Shown here in pieces: positions 38,036 to 51,609 of a DNA stretch of 64,000 nt. A model generated the notes under the pieces. That model saw nothing but the letters and a program-made list of their open reading frames with translations. It did no database searches and was not told the DNA's origin. Position numbers and translations under genes: made by a program. Source of the stretch: an uncultured SAR116 cluster alpha proteobacterium (GTDB lineage Bacteria; Pseudomonadota; Alphaproteobacteria; Puniceispirillales; Marisalimonadaceae). Every line of letters begins with the position of its first letter. Positions within the stretch are counted from its first letter, which is position 1. Where the stretch lies: NCBI GenBank assembly GCA_902592615.1, contig CACJFI010000003.1, positions 45,898 through 109,897 of the forward strand, in the 5' to 3' direction.

Positions 38036-39832
38036 ATGAAAAATGCAGAAGCATTTTCTTCAAATGATAAAATTTTAACACCACTCAGAACACTAAACGA
38101 ATTGTTAAGATTTGTTATTCCAAAAGGCAATAAAGAAATGCCAATTAGAATAACCTTAGCTTTAATATTTTTGATATTAGCAACACTTGTCAGTGTATAT
38201 ACACCATTCTTATATGGTAAAGCAGTTGATTTAGTTTCTGATAAAAACTCGATAAACTTAAGTTTACTTTGGTTTGTCATTGGATCATATGCTTTAGCTA
38301 GGTTGGGACAAGTCTTTTTTGATGAAGCTAAAGAGTTTGTTTTTGCAAGAGTTGCACAAAGAGCTGTAAGGGGAGCAGCTTTAAAAGCTTTTAAACACTT
38401 GCATAATTTATCTCTAAGTTTTCACTTAAATAGACAAACTGGTGGATTAACCAGAGCTATTGATAGAGGCGCAAAAGGTATTGAATTTTTATTAAGATTT
38501 ACTGTTTTTGAAATTGTCCCAGTTTTAGTTGAGTTAATTACAGTTGGAATAGTTTTATGGTTAACCTTTGGATTTAGATACTCGGCTATCACAATATTAA
38601 CAGTCATAATTTACATAGTTTTCACAATTAAAGTAACTGAATGGAGAATCGCCATAAGAAAAAAAATGAACATAGCTGATGAAAATGCATCCACTAAAGC
38701 TGTAGATAGTTTATTGAATTATGAGACTGTAAAATACTTTAATGCTGAAATAATAGAGGCAGATAGGTTTAATAAAGCAATGAAAATTTATGAAGATTCT
38801 GCTGTAAAAGCTAGGGCATCTCTATCAATAGTAAACATAGGTCAAGGTGGAATAATAGCCTTAGGCCTTTTTTTAGTTATGGGTATGGCTGGAGAAGATA
38901 TAGCAAAAGGGAATATGTCTGTTGGAGATTTTGTGGTTGTTAATACTTTTTTGTTACAATTATATTTACCATTAAACTTTTTAGGTTTTGTTTATAGAGA
39001 AATCAGACAGTCATTATTAGATATGGGTAGAATGTTTGCTCTTGTTGATGAGAAACCTGATATAATTGATCAAGAAAATGCTAATGAATTAATAGTTAAA
39101 AAAGGCAAAATTGAATTTATCGATGTGAATTTCTCATTTGGCAGACGCAAAATTTTAAAGAACTTAACTTTCACTATAAATTCGGGAGAAAAAGTTGCTA
39201 TTGTAGGACCAACTGGTGCTGGTAAATCTACTATATCAAAGCTTTTATTTAGATTCTATGATCCGTCTTCCGGTCAAATTTATATTGATGGCCAATGTAT
39301 ATCTGAAGTAACTCAAAATTCTTTAAGATTAAATATAGGAGTGGTTCCTCAAGATACAGTCCTCTTTAATGATACAATTAGATATAATATTGCTTATTCA
39401 AAACCTAATTCTTCTAAGAAAGAAATTGTTAATGCAGCTAAATTATCTTCTATAGACAAGTTTATTTCAAATCTTGAATCAGGATACGAAACTGTAGTAG
39501 GGGAGAGAGGATTAAAACTATCAGGAGGTGAAAAACAAAGAGTTGCTATTGCCAGGGCCCTGCTAAAAAATCCTCAGATATTTGTTTTTGATGAAGCAAC
39601 ATCTGCACTAGATACAAAAACTGAGAAATCAATTGAAAAATCTCTTAAAAAATTATCCAGTAAAAAAACCACACTTATAATTGCCCATAGATTATCAACA
39701 ATAATTGATGCAGACAAAATTATCGTACTAGATAATGGCACAATCATTGAAATAGGTAGTCATCAAGATCTTATAAACAAGGACGGGTTATATGCTGAAA
39801 TGTGGATTAGGCAACAAGAAAACATCAATTAA
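38036..39832 (+). CDS. ATM1/ABCB7-like ABC transporter
   Basis: RQTGGLTRAIDRG, DSLLNYETVKYF, Walker A GPTGAGKST, LSGGEKQR. Confidence 0.9.
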   Translation: MKNAEAFSSNDKILTPLRTLNELLRFVIPKGNKEMPIRITLALIFLILATLVSVYTPFLYGKAVDLVSDKNSINLSLLWFVIGSYALARLGQVFFDEAKEFVFARVAQRAVRGAALKAFKHLHNLSLSFHLNRQTGGLTRAIDRGAKGIEFLLRFTVFEIVPVLVELITVGIVLWLTFGFRYSAITILTVIIYIVFTIKVTEWRIAIRKKMNIADENASTKAVDSLLNYETVKYFNAEIIEADRFNKAMKIYEDSAVKARASLSIVNIGQGGIIALGLFLVMGMAGEDIAKGNMSVGDFVVVNTFLLQLYLPLNFLGFVYREIRQSLLDMGRMFALVDEKPDIIDQENANELIVKKGKIEFIDVNFSFGRRKILKNLTFTINSGEKVAIVGPTGAGKSTISKLLFRFYDPSSGQIYIDGQCISEVTQNSLRLNIGVVPQDTVLFNDTIRYNIAYSKPNSSKKEIVNAAKLSSIDKFISNLESGYETVVGERGLKLSGGEKQRVAIARALLKNPQIFVFDEATSALDTKTEKSIEKSLKKLSSKKTTLIIAHRLSTIIDADKIIVLDNGTIIEIGSHQDLINKDGLYAEMWIRQQENIN

Positions 39833-39834
39833 AA

Positions 39835-40596
39835 TCAGCCAATAGAAAATTGCTCTTTCAGATATTTATCCTCCATACTGTTTGTCTTGTCATAAAGAAT
39901 TCGAAGATTTATGTCATTTTTTTGAGAGATAAAGACTTTTGATATATTTTTTACTTCAAAGGCATCGGCACTTGCACTTACAGGTCTCATTTTAGGATTA
40001 ATAACATTGAACTCTATTATAGAATTATTTTTTATTAATGCCCCTCTCCATCTTCTAGGTCTGAATGGACTTATTGGTGTAAGTGCTAAAATTTCTGACC
40101 CAATTGGTAATATGGGACCATGAGCAGATAAATTATAAGCAGTCGAACCAACTGGTGTTGCAACCATAACGCCGTCACACGTTAATTCATTTAATCTTTC
40201 TGTATCATCAATTTTTATTGAAATTATGGCACTCTGGTGGGTTCTTCTAAAAATAGCTACTTCATTAATAGCAAGTTCGGTATGTTTTTGATTTTTTGTG
40301 TCTAAAGCTATCATTTCAAGAGGGTGAACTATAATCTCGTTAGCTTCTTTTAATCTGTCAATTAGGTTTGAATTATTATATTCGTTCATCAAGAACCCTA
40401 TGTTTCCCCTATTCAATCCAAAAACTGGAATATCATATAAGATACTTTCACGGATGGCAGCTAACATAGCTCCGTCTCCACCAACGGCTACAATAACCTC
40501 AGCCTTAGAAACTTCTTCTTGTCCATATAACTTAAGTAAATTGTTAGAAACTAGTTTGGCTTTTTTATTTTTTGCAATACTAAAGTGAATCTTCAA
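39835..40596 (-). CDS. nadK: NAD kinase
   Basis: GGDG, AINE and TPVGSTAYNLSAHGP motifs. Confidence 0.92.
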   Translation of the reverse strand: MKIHFSIAKNKKAKLVSNNLLKLYGQEEVSKAEVIVAVGGDGAMLAAIRESILYDIPVFGLNRGNIGFLMNEYNNSNLIDRLKEANEIIVHPLEMIALDTKNQKHTELAINEVAIFRRTHQSAIISIKIDDTERLNELTCDGVMVATPVGSTAYNLSAHGPILPIGSEILALTPISPFRPRRWRGALIKNNSIIEFNVINPKMRPVSASADAFEVKNISKVFISQKNDINLRILYDKTNSMEDKYLKEQFSIG

Positions 40597-40655
40597 AATT
40601 TTTGCCCTTTTTGTGGTATTTTAAATAATTTCAAGTTAAAACATAGTCATATTAA

Positions 40656-41603
40656 ATGGTGATTTATATGAAAGCAATAGAAACGGCATTAAGTTTAACT
40701 CAAGCCTACAAGCTAGGTATTGAGAGATTTGAAAAAATGCTTGGAAACGAATTTGCAAAAGCTGTAGAATCTATGAGCAAATCGTCTACACATATTATTG
40801 TTTGTGGGATGGGAAAATCAGGGCTTGTTGGAAGAAAAATATCATCTACACTTGCATCTACAGGAACGCCTAGCATTTTTCTTCATCCAGCTGAAGCTAT
40901 ACATGGAGACTTAGGAAAGGTTCAAAAAAATTCTGTTGTTTTACTCATCTCATATTCAGGAGAAACAGAGGAAATAATTGCTTTAATTCCAGCATTGAAA
41001 AGGCTAGATGTTAATATAATAGCTTTGACCGGTGTTAAAAATTCAACTTTAGCTAACATATCCGACATAGTTTTAGATACTTCAGTTGATAGAGAGGCAT
41101 GTCCATTAAATTTAGCACCTACGACATCAACTATGATTACTATGGTTTTAGGGGATGCCCTAGCTGTTTCATTAATGGAATTAAAAAACTTTAAGCAAGA
41201 AGATTTTGCCTTAACTCATCCAGGCGGATCTCTTGGTAAAAGATTGTTATCAAGTGTTAAAGATGAGATGAAACAAAATAATTTACCATTTATTGATCAA
41301 AACTCCATAGTACAAGACGTTTTAGTTAAAATGACAGAAGGTCGTCTTGGTCTTGCTCTGGTTGGCACGAAAGAAGAATTAAAGGGTGTGATTACAGATG
41401 GAGACATCAGAAGAGCTTTAATTGATAATAAAAACTTTGCTGAACTGAAAGCCAAAGACTTAATGAATACAAATCCGTTAACAGCACTTGAGAGTGACAA
41501 TTTGCGAGTTGCAGAAAAGAGAATGAGAGAAGCAAAAGTACAGTGTTTAATAGTAAAAAATCTAATAAATGAAGTTGTAGGTGTTATTCAGATTTTTGAA
41601 TAA
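40656..41603 (+). CDS. KpsF/GutQ arabinose-5-phosphate isomerase
   Basis: GMGKSG, EAIHGDLG, LAPTTS, HPGGSLG; CBS pair. Confidence 0.92.
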   Translation: MVIYMKAIETALSLTQAYKLGIERFEKMLGNEFAKAVESMSKSSTHIIVCGMGKSGLVGRKISSTLASTGTPSIFLHPAEAIHGDLGKVQKNSVVLLISYSGETEEIIALIPALKRLDVNIIALTGVKNSTLANISDIVLDTSVDREACPLNLAPTTSTMITMVLGDALAVSLMELKNFKQEDFALTHPGGSLGKRLLSSVKDEMKQNNLPFIDQNSIVQDVLVKMTEGRLGLALVGTKEELKGVITDGDIRRALIDNKNFAELKAKDLMNTNPLTALESDNLRVAEKRMREAKVQCLIVKNLINEVVGVIQIFE

Positions 41604-41619
41604 ATGTATGGTCCCATCA

Positions 41620-43781
<2,162 letters not shown>

Positions 43782-43805
43782 ACTAAATAATTATTATTAT
43801 ATAAT

Positions 43806-44930
43806 ATGCATAAATTTAATGAAAAAAAAATAATTAAAGATTTAGCCAAAGAATTTAATTTTGATGTTTGTAAGATTACAGATACTAATTTACCAATAAA
43901 TACTGACGTAAGGCTAAAAGAATTTATTGAGTTAGGCTTTCATGGAGAAATGAACTGGCTTGCAGATAGTTACGAAAGACGAAAATCACCGTTAAATTTA
44001 TGGGAAGAGGCAAAATCTGCAATTATACTTGGCTTAAATTACGGACCTAGAGACAATCCTTTAAAAAAAATAAATAAAAAGAATTTAGGAAACATCTCTG
44101 TTTATGCTCAAGGAAAAGATTATCACAAAATAATCAAAGGAAGACTCAAGTTATTTTCAAGTAAATTAATTTCTAAACTATCAAAAGCAAAAAAAACAAA
44201 AATCAAAGTTTTTGTTGACACAGCACCTTTAATGGAAAAACCTCTAGCAGAAAAGTCTGGTTTAGGATGGCAAGGCAAGCATACTAATTTAGTTTCAAGA
44301 GATTTTGGATCATGGCTATTTATAGGGATTATTCTCGTAAATCATTCTTTTGAATATGACTCACAAGAAAAGAATTATTGTGGTTCTTGTACGAAATGTC
44401 TTGATATTTGCCCAACAGATGCATTTTATGAAGAAAATAAGTTAGACGCTTCAAAGTGTATTTCATATTTAACCATTGAGCACAGAAATGCTATCCCAAA
44501 AAAATTTAGAACGGCCATTGGAAATAGAATATTTGGTTGTGATGATTGTTTAGCGATTTGCCCTTGGAATAAATATGCAAAGATTACAAAAGAAATTCAT
44601 TTTAACGAAAATAAATATAATTTTAATTTAAATGAATTATTGAATCTTTCTGATCAAGAATTTAGAAAAAAATTTACTGGGTCACCAATAAAAAGGATAG
44701 GTAGGGATAGGTTCATAAGGAATTGTTGTATTGCGGCAGGTAACAGTAAAAATAAAGAATTAATACCAACACTATTGAATTTAATAATAAAAGATCAATC
44801 TTTTTTGGTAAGAGGCGCGGCCATATGGGCACTTCAACAATTAGATAATAAAAACAACCTTAAAAATATAAAAAGACGACATTTAAGTTTTGAAAAAAAC
44901 AAAGATGTGTTAGCTGAATGGTATGTCTAA
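43806..44930 (+). CDS. queG: Epoxyqueuosine reductase
   Basis: YAQGKDYH, VDTAPLMEK, CGSCTKCLDICPT and FGCDDCLAICPWN motifs. Confidence 0.94.
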   Translation: MHKFNEKKIIKDLAKEFNFDVCKITDTNLPINTDVRLKEFIELGFHGEMNWLADSYERRKSPLNLWEEAKSAIILGLNYGPRDNPLKKINKKNLGNISVYAQGKDYHKIIKGRLKLFSSKLISKLSKAKKTKIKVFVDTAPLMEKPLAEKSGLGWQGKHTNLVSRDFGSWLFIGIILVNHSFEYDSQEKNYCGSCTKCLDICPTDAFYEENKLDASKCISYLTIEHRNAIPKKFRTAIGNRIFGCDDCLAICPWNKYAKITKEIHFNENKYNFNLNELLNLSDQEFRKKFTGSPIKRIGRDRFIRNCCIAAGNSKNKELIPTLLNLIIKDQSFLVRGAAIWALQQLDNKNNLKNIKRRHLSFEKNKDVLAEWYV

Positions 44931-44935
44931 CTTAA

Positions 44936-45274
44936 TTAAAGTGCGTTATTTTCAGTTTCACCTGTTCTTATTCTGGTTGCACTATGAAGGTCTAAGACAA
45001 ATATTTTACCATCTCCAATTTGTCCTGTGCAAGCACTTTGAAGTAGAGCCTCATGAACAGCATCTTCCATATCATCAGTAACAGCTATTTCGATTTTAAG
45101 CTTGGGAACAAATGAAACACTATATTCTGCCCCTCTATAAATTTCAGTTTGCCCTCTTTGTCTTCCAAATCCACGAACCTCTGATGCAGTCAATCCTTCA
45201 ACTCCAATCTCAGTTAAGGCATTCCTTACATCATCAAGTTTAAAAGGTTTTATAATCGCAATAAAGTATTTCAT
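44936..45274 (-). CDS. glnK: P-II nitrogen regulatory protein
   Basis: IIKPFKLDDV, GFGRQRG, YRGAEY, GDGKIFV; adjacent to amtB. Confidence 0.9.
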   Translation of the reverse strand: MKYFIAIIKPFKLDDVRNALTEIGVEGLTASEVRGFGRQRGQTEIYRGAEYSVSFVPKLKIEIAVTDDMEDAVHEALLQSACTGQIGDGKIFVLDLHSATRIRTGETENNAL

Positions 45275-45285
45275 GATGAAATCTC

Positions 45286-46590
45286 CTAATCTGAATGATA
45301 TCCTTTTTCGCCGTGAGAACGCAAGTCTAAACCTTCAATTTCTTCTTGTTCGTCTACTCTTAACGACACAACTAAAGAGGTTAGTTTTAAAATTAAATAT
45401 GTAAAGAAAGATGTCCAAACCACAGTAAGCACAACTGCTTTAAGCTGTATTATAAATTGAGATATTCCTGTTTGTCCTTCAGTAAGACCTAATCCAGAAA
45501 ACGAAGAGGTAGCTAAAAATGCAACAAATAGTGTCCCTAGTATACCACCTACACCGTGAACCGCAAAAACATCAAGACTGTCGTCTATTTGAAGTTTGCC
45601 TCTGATGTAATCAACAGCAAGGTAACATAGTAGGCCACCTGTAAATCCTAAAATCAGACCTCCAGGTACACCTATGTAACCTGAAGCAGGTGTAACAGTA
45701 GCAAGTCCAGCAACCATTCCAGTAACTATGCCAATCAAAGACGGTTTACCAAATCTTTTCCATTCAATAAACATCCAAACTAATGAGGCAGTTGCAGCAG
45801 ATATATGTGTGACTAACATAGCCATTCCCGCGCCTCCATTAGCACCTAAAGCTGAACCAGCATTAAAGCCAAACCATCCAATCCATAACATTGAAGCTCC
45901 TATCATAGTCAATATAGGGCTATGAGGTGGAGTAATAGATTTTGGAAAACCTCTTCTCTTACCAAGTGTTAAGGCAGTAACTAAAGCAGCTGTACCAGCT
46001 GTTGCATGCACAACGATGCCTCCAGCAAAGTCCATTGTTCCCCAAGATGACAAAATACCACCTCCCCAAACCCAATGAGTTACGGGAACATATACAATTA
46101 AAACCCAAAGACTTAAAAAAATTAACATTGCTGAAAATTTAATTCTTTCTACAAACGCACCTATCATCAGAGCAGGCGTAATGATTGCAAAAGTCATTTG
46201 GAATGTTGCAAATAGGCTTTCAGGTATGCTCCCAGATGGTGTTTCTAATTCAATTGAATTCATAAACATATTGCCAAACCCACCAATCCATGCATTTCCT
46301 TCAGAAAACGCTAAACTATAACCTACAACCACCCAAATAATAGATACTACACAGGCAAGGGAGAAGTGTTGCATTAATACTGATACAACATTTTTTGAAT
46401 TTACTAGTCCTGCATAGAATAGAGCTAAACCTGGTAGAGTCATAAATAATACTAGAGCTGTTGAGGTCAAAATCCAGGCCGTATCACCATTATTAATTTC
46501 AGCAAAAGCTGGAAAAGAAATCATCGTCAAAAGTAAAGTTGAAAATACAGTAAAAAACTTAAATTTATTTCTAGAAGTAAAAAAATCCAT
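45286..46590 (-). CDS. amtB: Ammonium transporter
   Basis: FQMTFAIIT, DFAGGIVVH, GWFGFNAGS and DDSLDVFAVHG motifs. Confidence 0.96.
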   Translation of the reverse strand: MDFFTSRNKFKFFTVFSTLLLTMISFPAFAEINNGDTAWILTSTALVLFMTLPGLALFYAGLVNSKNVVSVLMQHFSLACVVSIIWVVVGYSLAFSEGNAWIGGFGNMFMNSIELETPSGSIPESLFATFQMTFAIITPALMIGAFVERIKFSAMLIFLSLWVLIVYVPVTHWVWGGGILSSWGTMDFAGGIVVHATAGTAALVTALTLGKRRGFPKSITPPHSPILTMIGASMLWIGWFGFNAGSALGANGGAGMAMLVTHISAATASLVWMFIEWKRFGKPSLIGIVTGMVAGLATVTPASGYIGVPGGLILGFTGGLLCYLAVDYIRGKLQIDDSLDVFAVHGVGGILGTLFVAFLATSSFSGLGLTEGQTGISQFIIQLKAVVLTVVWTSFFTYLILKLTSLVVSLRVDEQEEIEGLDLRSHGEKGYHSD

Positions 46591-46796
46591 ATCATCCCCC
46601 CTGTGTAAAAAATTAAATTTAGTAATTTTTTTTTAAAACACAAAAAATGTATAAAAAATATTCAAATTATATTAAATATGCTTAAATTTTAAGCATTTAT
46701 TTTTTGTTGTAAGTAATAAATTAATTATATTTCAGTTTATAATCAAATTTTTTGAGTGTATAAAATAATTACAAACAATTAATTTGAGAGTTTATT

Positions 46797-47522
46797 TTGA
46801 TAGAAAATGTCATAAAACAATTAGCTCCGAAAGGATACCTTAGAGCTGCTATAAACTTAAGTAACTTTTTATTAGTTACAGGCAAAGAGAGTAATGGTGA
46901 TCCGCAAGGAGTTTCTCCAGACATGGCAAGAGCGCTTGCTAAAGAGTTAAATGTAGATATTAAATTAATTACTTTTAATAGACCTGGTGAACTTGCAGAT
47001 GCAATTTCACAGGATACCTGGGATATTGGAAATATTGCAAATGAACCAGCAAGAGCCAAATCAATTAAATTTAGTCTACCATACACTACTATTGAATCAA
47101 CTTTCCTGACTAGGAATGAACTTAATATTAAAACATTGAAAGATGTTGATAAAAAAGGAATTAAAATTGCTGTTGCCGAAAGAAGTGCGTATGATCTTTG
47201 GTTAACGGAGAATATAAAAAATGCAGATTTAATAAGAGCAAAATCTATAGATGAATCTTTTAGAATATTTCAAGAAAATAAATACGAAGTATTGGCTGGA
47301 TTAAGACCTAAATTAGTTGATGAACTAAAAAAAACTACTGACTGCTTTATATTTAATGAGCCATTTACTTATATAAATCAGTGTGTTGGATGCAAACCTG
47401 GAAATTTAGAGGCTGAAAATTTTATAAATAATTTTATTAAAAAAAACTTAGAAAATGGTTTTATTAAAAGCCTTCTATCTAAGTACAATGTCTTAGGTAA
47501 ATTATCGCTACCTAAAAACTAG
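46797..47522 (+). CDS. Family-3 solute-binding protein (orphan)
   Basis: LAPKGYLRAAINLSN and SAYDLWL motifs. Confidence 0.75.
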   Translation: MIENVIKQLAPKGYLRAAINLSNFLLVTGKESNGDPQGVSPDMARALAKELNVDIKLITFNRPGELADAISQDTWDIGNIANEPARAKSIKFSLPYTTIESTFLTRNELNIKTLKDVDKKGIKIAVAERSAYDLWLTENIKNADLIRAKSIDESFRIFQENKYEVLAGLRPKLVDELKKTTDCFIFNEPFTYINQCVGCKPGNLEAENFINNFIKKNLENGFIKSLLSKYNVLGKLSLPKN

Positions 47523-47544
47523 AAGTTTTATTATAGTACAATTA

Positions 47545-48420
47545 ATGAAAAAAATAGTTCCAATGTTAGCTATATTTTGTACTGTTTTTTTTTGGGGATC
47601 TTCATTTCCAGCAATGTCGTTTCTTTTAGAAACATCAAGTCCTTTCATCTTGGCAGCAGGAAGGTTTTCTTTGGCAGCTTTTCTAGCTGTTATTTGGTGT
47701 ATAAATAACTATAAACAAAAGGTAAAATTAAACCACTTATTACGCTATTTTTTTGCAGGGTTTATTGGAATTTTTTTATATAATTTATTTCTTAACCATG
47801 GACAAGAGAGTGTTTCAGCTGGGGCAGGCAGCTTCATTGTTAATTGTAACCCACTATTTACTGCTTTAATTGGCTTTTTTATTTTGAAACAAAAGGTTTC
47901 ATATATACATTGGCTAGGAATAATTATTTGTATGTTTGGAGTTGGTATAATATCTTTTGATCAAGAAGGTGGCTTAAATATAGGAAGTGGATCAAGCTTG
48001 ATATTATTTGCTGCTATCTTAACAGCAATCTATTTTCATATAGTAAAACCTTTAATAGTGTTATATGGTACGATAACTTCTACTGCATATACAATAATTT
48101 TTGGAACCATACCCATGTTATTTTGGTTCCCAGAAACTTATAATTTTATTTCTCAATCTAATAATGAAATTAAATTAACATATCTATGGTTGGCATTGTT
48201 TCCTACTGCATTAGGTTACTTAACTTGGACTTATTCGGTTGGTTATTATGGAGCCAACAAAGCTTCGTTGTTTCTTTATTTAATTCCACCAATTTCTATC
48301 ATTTTGAACTTTTTATGGTATGAAAAAAATCCATCTTTAATTACTACATTCGGAGGCTTAGTTATATTATTAAGTGTTTTTCTTACTCTCCTGTTACAGC
48401 AAAAAAGAAGAGAAAATTAA
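47545..48420 (+). CDS. DMT/EamA family transporter
   Basis: FWGSSF; ten TM helices in two EamA repeats. Confidence 0.85.
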   Translation: MKKIVPMLAIFCTVFFWGSSFPAMSFLLETSSPFILAAGRFSLAAFLAVIWCINNYKQKVKLNHLLRYFFAGFIGIFLYNLFLNHGQESVSAGAGSFIVNCNPLFTALIGFFILKQKVSYIHWLGIIICMFGVGIISFDQEGGLNIGSGSSLILFAAILTAIYFHIVKPLIVLYGTITSTAYTIIFGTIPMLFWFPETYNFISQSNNEIKLTYLWLALFPTALGYLTWTYSVGYYGANKASLFLYLIPPISIILNFLWYEKNPSLITTFGGLVILLSVFLTLLLQQKRREN

Positions 48421-48479
48421 ACATTAACTGAAAGTAGAGCTTACATATAAACAAGTAAGGGTGATAAAACTATTTTAGA

Positions 48480-48553
48480 TGGAGCGGGTAGCGAGAATCG
48501 AACTCGCGTCATTAGCTTGGAAGGCTAAGGTCTTACCACTACACAATACCCGC
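48480..48553 (-). tRNA. tRNA-Gly (anticodon TCC)
   Basis: Reverse complement GCGGGTATTGTGTAGTGGTAAGACC-TTAGC-CT-TCC-AA-GCTAA...GTTCGATTC...TACCCGCTCCA; 74 nt. Confidence 0.96.
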
Positions 48554-48636
48554 ATTTTTTTATTTTATAAGGGTTAATATTTGAAATGTAAATACTAACT
48601 TTATCAATTTTAAATTTGTTCTAAAATTTATTAAAC

Positions 48637-49668
48637 TTAATTATTCCAACCTAATAAATTTTGTTTAACTATTTCATTTAAAAATTTAATTGAATATTCG
48701 TTATCATTTAAACAAGGTACATACTGAAAAGTTTTTCCACCATTCTCAAAAAATAATTCTCTTGCCTCAACATTTAATTCTTCAAGTGTTTCTAAACAAT
48801 CAGAGATAAAACCTGGAGCAATCAAAGCAATATTTTTAGACCCTTGTTTAGCTAATTTTATAATTGTTTCGTCAGTATAAGGTTGAAGCCATGGTTCAGG
48901 GCCGAATCTAGATTGAAAAGTAACTAAAACTTTATTTTCTGGCCATTTTAATTCTTCTTTAAGTAATCTGGCAGTTTTAATACAATGACAATGATACGGA
49001 TCGCCAGCCATGAAATATCTCTTGGGTATACCATGGAAAGATATAACTAACTTGTCTATTTCATTTCTATCTTTTAAATGTTTTTTAACTGTTAAAGCCA
49101 GAGCTTTTATGTAATTTTTATTATCAAACCAAGGTGGCACTGTTCGGATATCTGGTTGCCATCTTTGTTTTAACAACCATTTAAAAACTTCGTCTTTAAC
49201 AGTTGCTGAAGTACTAGCTGCATACTGAGGATAAAGTGGAACCAAAAGAATTTTTGAACATCCATTTTTTGTCATTTTATTTAAAATATTGTCTATTCCT
49301 GGATTTCCATATCTCATTGCATAGTCTATGAAAATATTGGGTTTGTTTTTAAAATAATTCTGTATTTTTTTTGTTTGTTTAATTGTAAACCCTCTTAATG
49401 GAGATCCATGGTTTTTTTCATCCCAAATTTTTTTGTAAGCTTTTCCAGATTTTGAAGGCCTGAATGTAAGTATAGGACCATTTAATATTAACCACCATAA
49501 GGGTCTAAAAAGATCTACAACTCTTTTGTCCATAAGAAATTGTTTTAAATATCTTCTCATAGACCAATAGTCAGTGCCATCAGGCGTGCCTAAATTGACA
49601 AGTAATACACCAATCTTATTTTTATCAGGAAAAACGGGGTGATCATTTGGTATTTTTATAATAGTCAA
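48637..49668 (-). CDS. hemH: Ferrochelatase
   Basis: NLGTPD, PLYPQY, SFHGIP, FQSRFG, WLQPYT and DCLETLEE motifs. Confidence 0.96.
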   Translation of the reverse strand: MTIIKIPNDHPVFPDKNKIGVLLVNLGTPDGTDYWSMRRYLKQFLMDKRVVDLFRPLWWLILNGPILTFRPSKSGKAYKKIWDEKNHGSPLRGFTIKQTKKIQNYFKNKPNIFIDYAMRYGNPGIDNILNKMTKNGCSKILLVPLYPQYAASTSATVKDEVFKWLLKQRWQPDIRTVPPWFDNKNYIKALALTVKKHLKDRNEIDKLVISFHGIPKRYFMAGDPYHCHCIKTARLLKEELKWPENKVLVTFQSRFGPEPWLQPYTDETIIKLAKQGSKNIALIAPGFISDCLETLEELNVEARELFFENGGKTFQYVPCLNDNEYSIKFLNEIVKQNLLGWNN

Positions 49669-49688
49669 TTTAATATCTTTTAAAATTA

Positions 49689-50909
49689 TTATGCAATTTT
49701 TGAGTAATTATTTTTATTGGTTTTCTTGAAAGCGTATTTAAGTGCAATTGTTAAATCAGAAATCATTTTTTCTGTATGTAAAGGGCCTGGCGTAACTCTT
49801 AATCTTTCTGTACCAACTGGAACAGTTGGATAATTAATTGGTTGTATATAATGTTTAAATTCATTTAACAGAATATTACTAATTTCTTTACATCTTAGAG
49901 GGTTATTTACCATTATTGGGACTATGTGGCTTTTATTATCCATAAAATTTATGTTTTCTTTTAACAGATATTTTTTGAGCAAAATTGTATTTTTTTGTTG
50001 TAGTTTTCTTTCTTTATCAGATTTTTTTAAATAACTTATAGAAGTGCTTGCAGCTTTTACAAGTGCGGGTGGCAATGCTGTTGTGAATATGTATCCACTA
50101 GCATAACTTCGTATAGCATCGCAGATTATGTTTGAGGAGGCAATATACCCACCCATTGTTCCAAATGCTTTACCTAATGTCCCTTGAATTATATCAATAG
50201 AATTTTGTAATCCTAACTCTTCAGACACGCCTGATCCTTTTTCTCCATACATCCCAACAGCGTGAACCTCATCTAAATAAGTTAATGCATTATATTTTTT
50301 AGCTATTTTTGATATTCCACAGATTTCTCCAAAATCACCGTCCATAGAGTAAATAGATTCAAATATAATTACTTTTGGTTTTTTTGCTGGATATTTTTTT
50401 ATTAGAGATTCCAAATGGTTTAAATCATTATGTTTGAATATTTCTTTTGAGGCATTAGATTTTTTTATACCTGAAATTATTGATGCATGATTTTTTTCAT
50501 CAGAAAAAACAACCGCGTCTTTTAACAAATTGAGAAGAGTACTTATTGTTGATTCATTTGCTACATACCCAGATGAAAATACTACTGCCTTTTCTTTTAA
50601 ATGAAAATCAGCCAGTTCATTTTCTAATTGTACAATAGCATTACTGTTTCCAGATATATTGCGTGTTCCGCCTGAACCTGTTCCCATTCTTTTAATTGAA
50701 TTTATCATTGAATTTATGACAAGTTTATTTTGACTCATTCCTAAATAATCATTTGAACACCAGACAATTATATCATTTTTTTTTGAATCTGATATCCAAA
50801 AAGCATTAGGGTGCTTACCTGCTTTTCTTTCAATTTCATTGAAATGTCTGTATCTACCCTCGATTTTAAGTTTATCTAGGGATGATTTAAATATATCCGA
50901 GTAATTCAA
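49689..50909 (-). CDS. hemA: 5-aminolevulinate synthase
   Basis: [35 protein letters not shown] and INYPTVP motifs. Confidence 0.95.
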   Translation of the reverse strand: MNYSDIFKSSLDKLKIEGRYRHFNEIERKAGKHPNAFWISDSKKNDIIVWCSNDYLGMSQNKLVINSMINSIKRMGTGSGGTRNISGNSNAIVQLENELADFHLKEKAVVFSSGYVANESTISTLLNLLKDAVVFSDEKNHASIISGIKKSNASKEIFKHNDLNHLESLIKKYPAKKPKVIIFESIYSMDGDFGEICGISKIAKKYNALTYLDEVHAVGMYGEKGSGVSEELGLQNSIDIIQGTLGKAFGTMGGYIASSNIICDAIRSYASGYIFTTALPPALVKAASTSISYLKKSDKERKLQQKNTILLKKYLLKENINFMDNKSHIVPIMVNNPLRCKEISNILLNEFKHYIQPINYPTVPVGTERLRVTPGPLHTEKMISDLTIALKYAFKKTNKNNYSKIA

Positions 50910-51068
50910 TAATTTACCTATTTGTTATCTTATTAAATAGTACTATGTCTAAAATTTTCAACTAATTATTTACTAATTTTTTAGCACAGAATTTAAGCAA
51001 AAATTAAATTTTAATTTTCGTGCTTGAACTTTTGAAAAGTTTTTATATAACATTCATATTTTTAATTT

Positions 51069-51578
51069 TTGGGAAACGTAAAAGTGAGTTCATCAAAAAA
51101 ATTACTAGAAACAACAGATGAAAAATTTAAAAATGGTGCTGATAGAGGTGGTTTGCTTGGAAACAGGATAGTTCTTCCAGAGAATTACATGCCTTCTGTT
51201 GATGAAGAGTTTATGAATGACAACCAACTAGAGTATTTTAGACAAAAATTACTTAATTGGAAATTAGAATTGCTTGAAGAAGCAACTGATACCAAGGGCA
51301 CCTTATCCGCTGAAGGTTTGCAAAGACCTGATATGGCTGATAGAGCTCAGGTAGAGTCTGATGCATCTATTCAGTTAAGAACTAGGGATAGAGAAAGAAA
51401 ACTTATTAGTAAAATCGACGCTGCATTAAGAAGAATAGATTTAAAAACATACGGATATTGTGAAGAAACAGGTGAGCCGATTGGGCTAGGTCGTTTGAAA
51501 GCAAGGCCAATTGCATCGCTAAGTGTTGATGCACAAGAACGACATGAAAAAATGGAAAAAATCCATAAAGACGAATAA
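51069..51578 (+). CDS. dksA: RNA polymerase-binding protein DksA
   Basis: EEFMNDNQLEYFRQKL, DMADRA, RTRDRERKL and YGYCEETGEPI motifs. Confidence 0.93.
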   Translation: MGNVKVSSSKKLLETTDEKFKNGADRGGLLGNRIVLPENYMPSVDEEFMNDNQLEYFRQKLLNWKLELLEEATDTKGTLSAEGLQRPDMADRAQVESDASIQLRTRDRERKLISKIDAALRRIDLKTYGYCEETGEPIGLGRLKARPIASLSVDAQERHEKMEKIHKDE

Positions 51579-51609
51579 TTTCTTGTAAAATTTAATTATC
51601 AGAACATAA

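Noticed and set aside
32041-39832. suf operon with ATM1-like transporter as unusual
   Set aside because: Standard alphaproteobacterial Fe-S assembly gene content.
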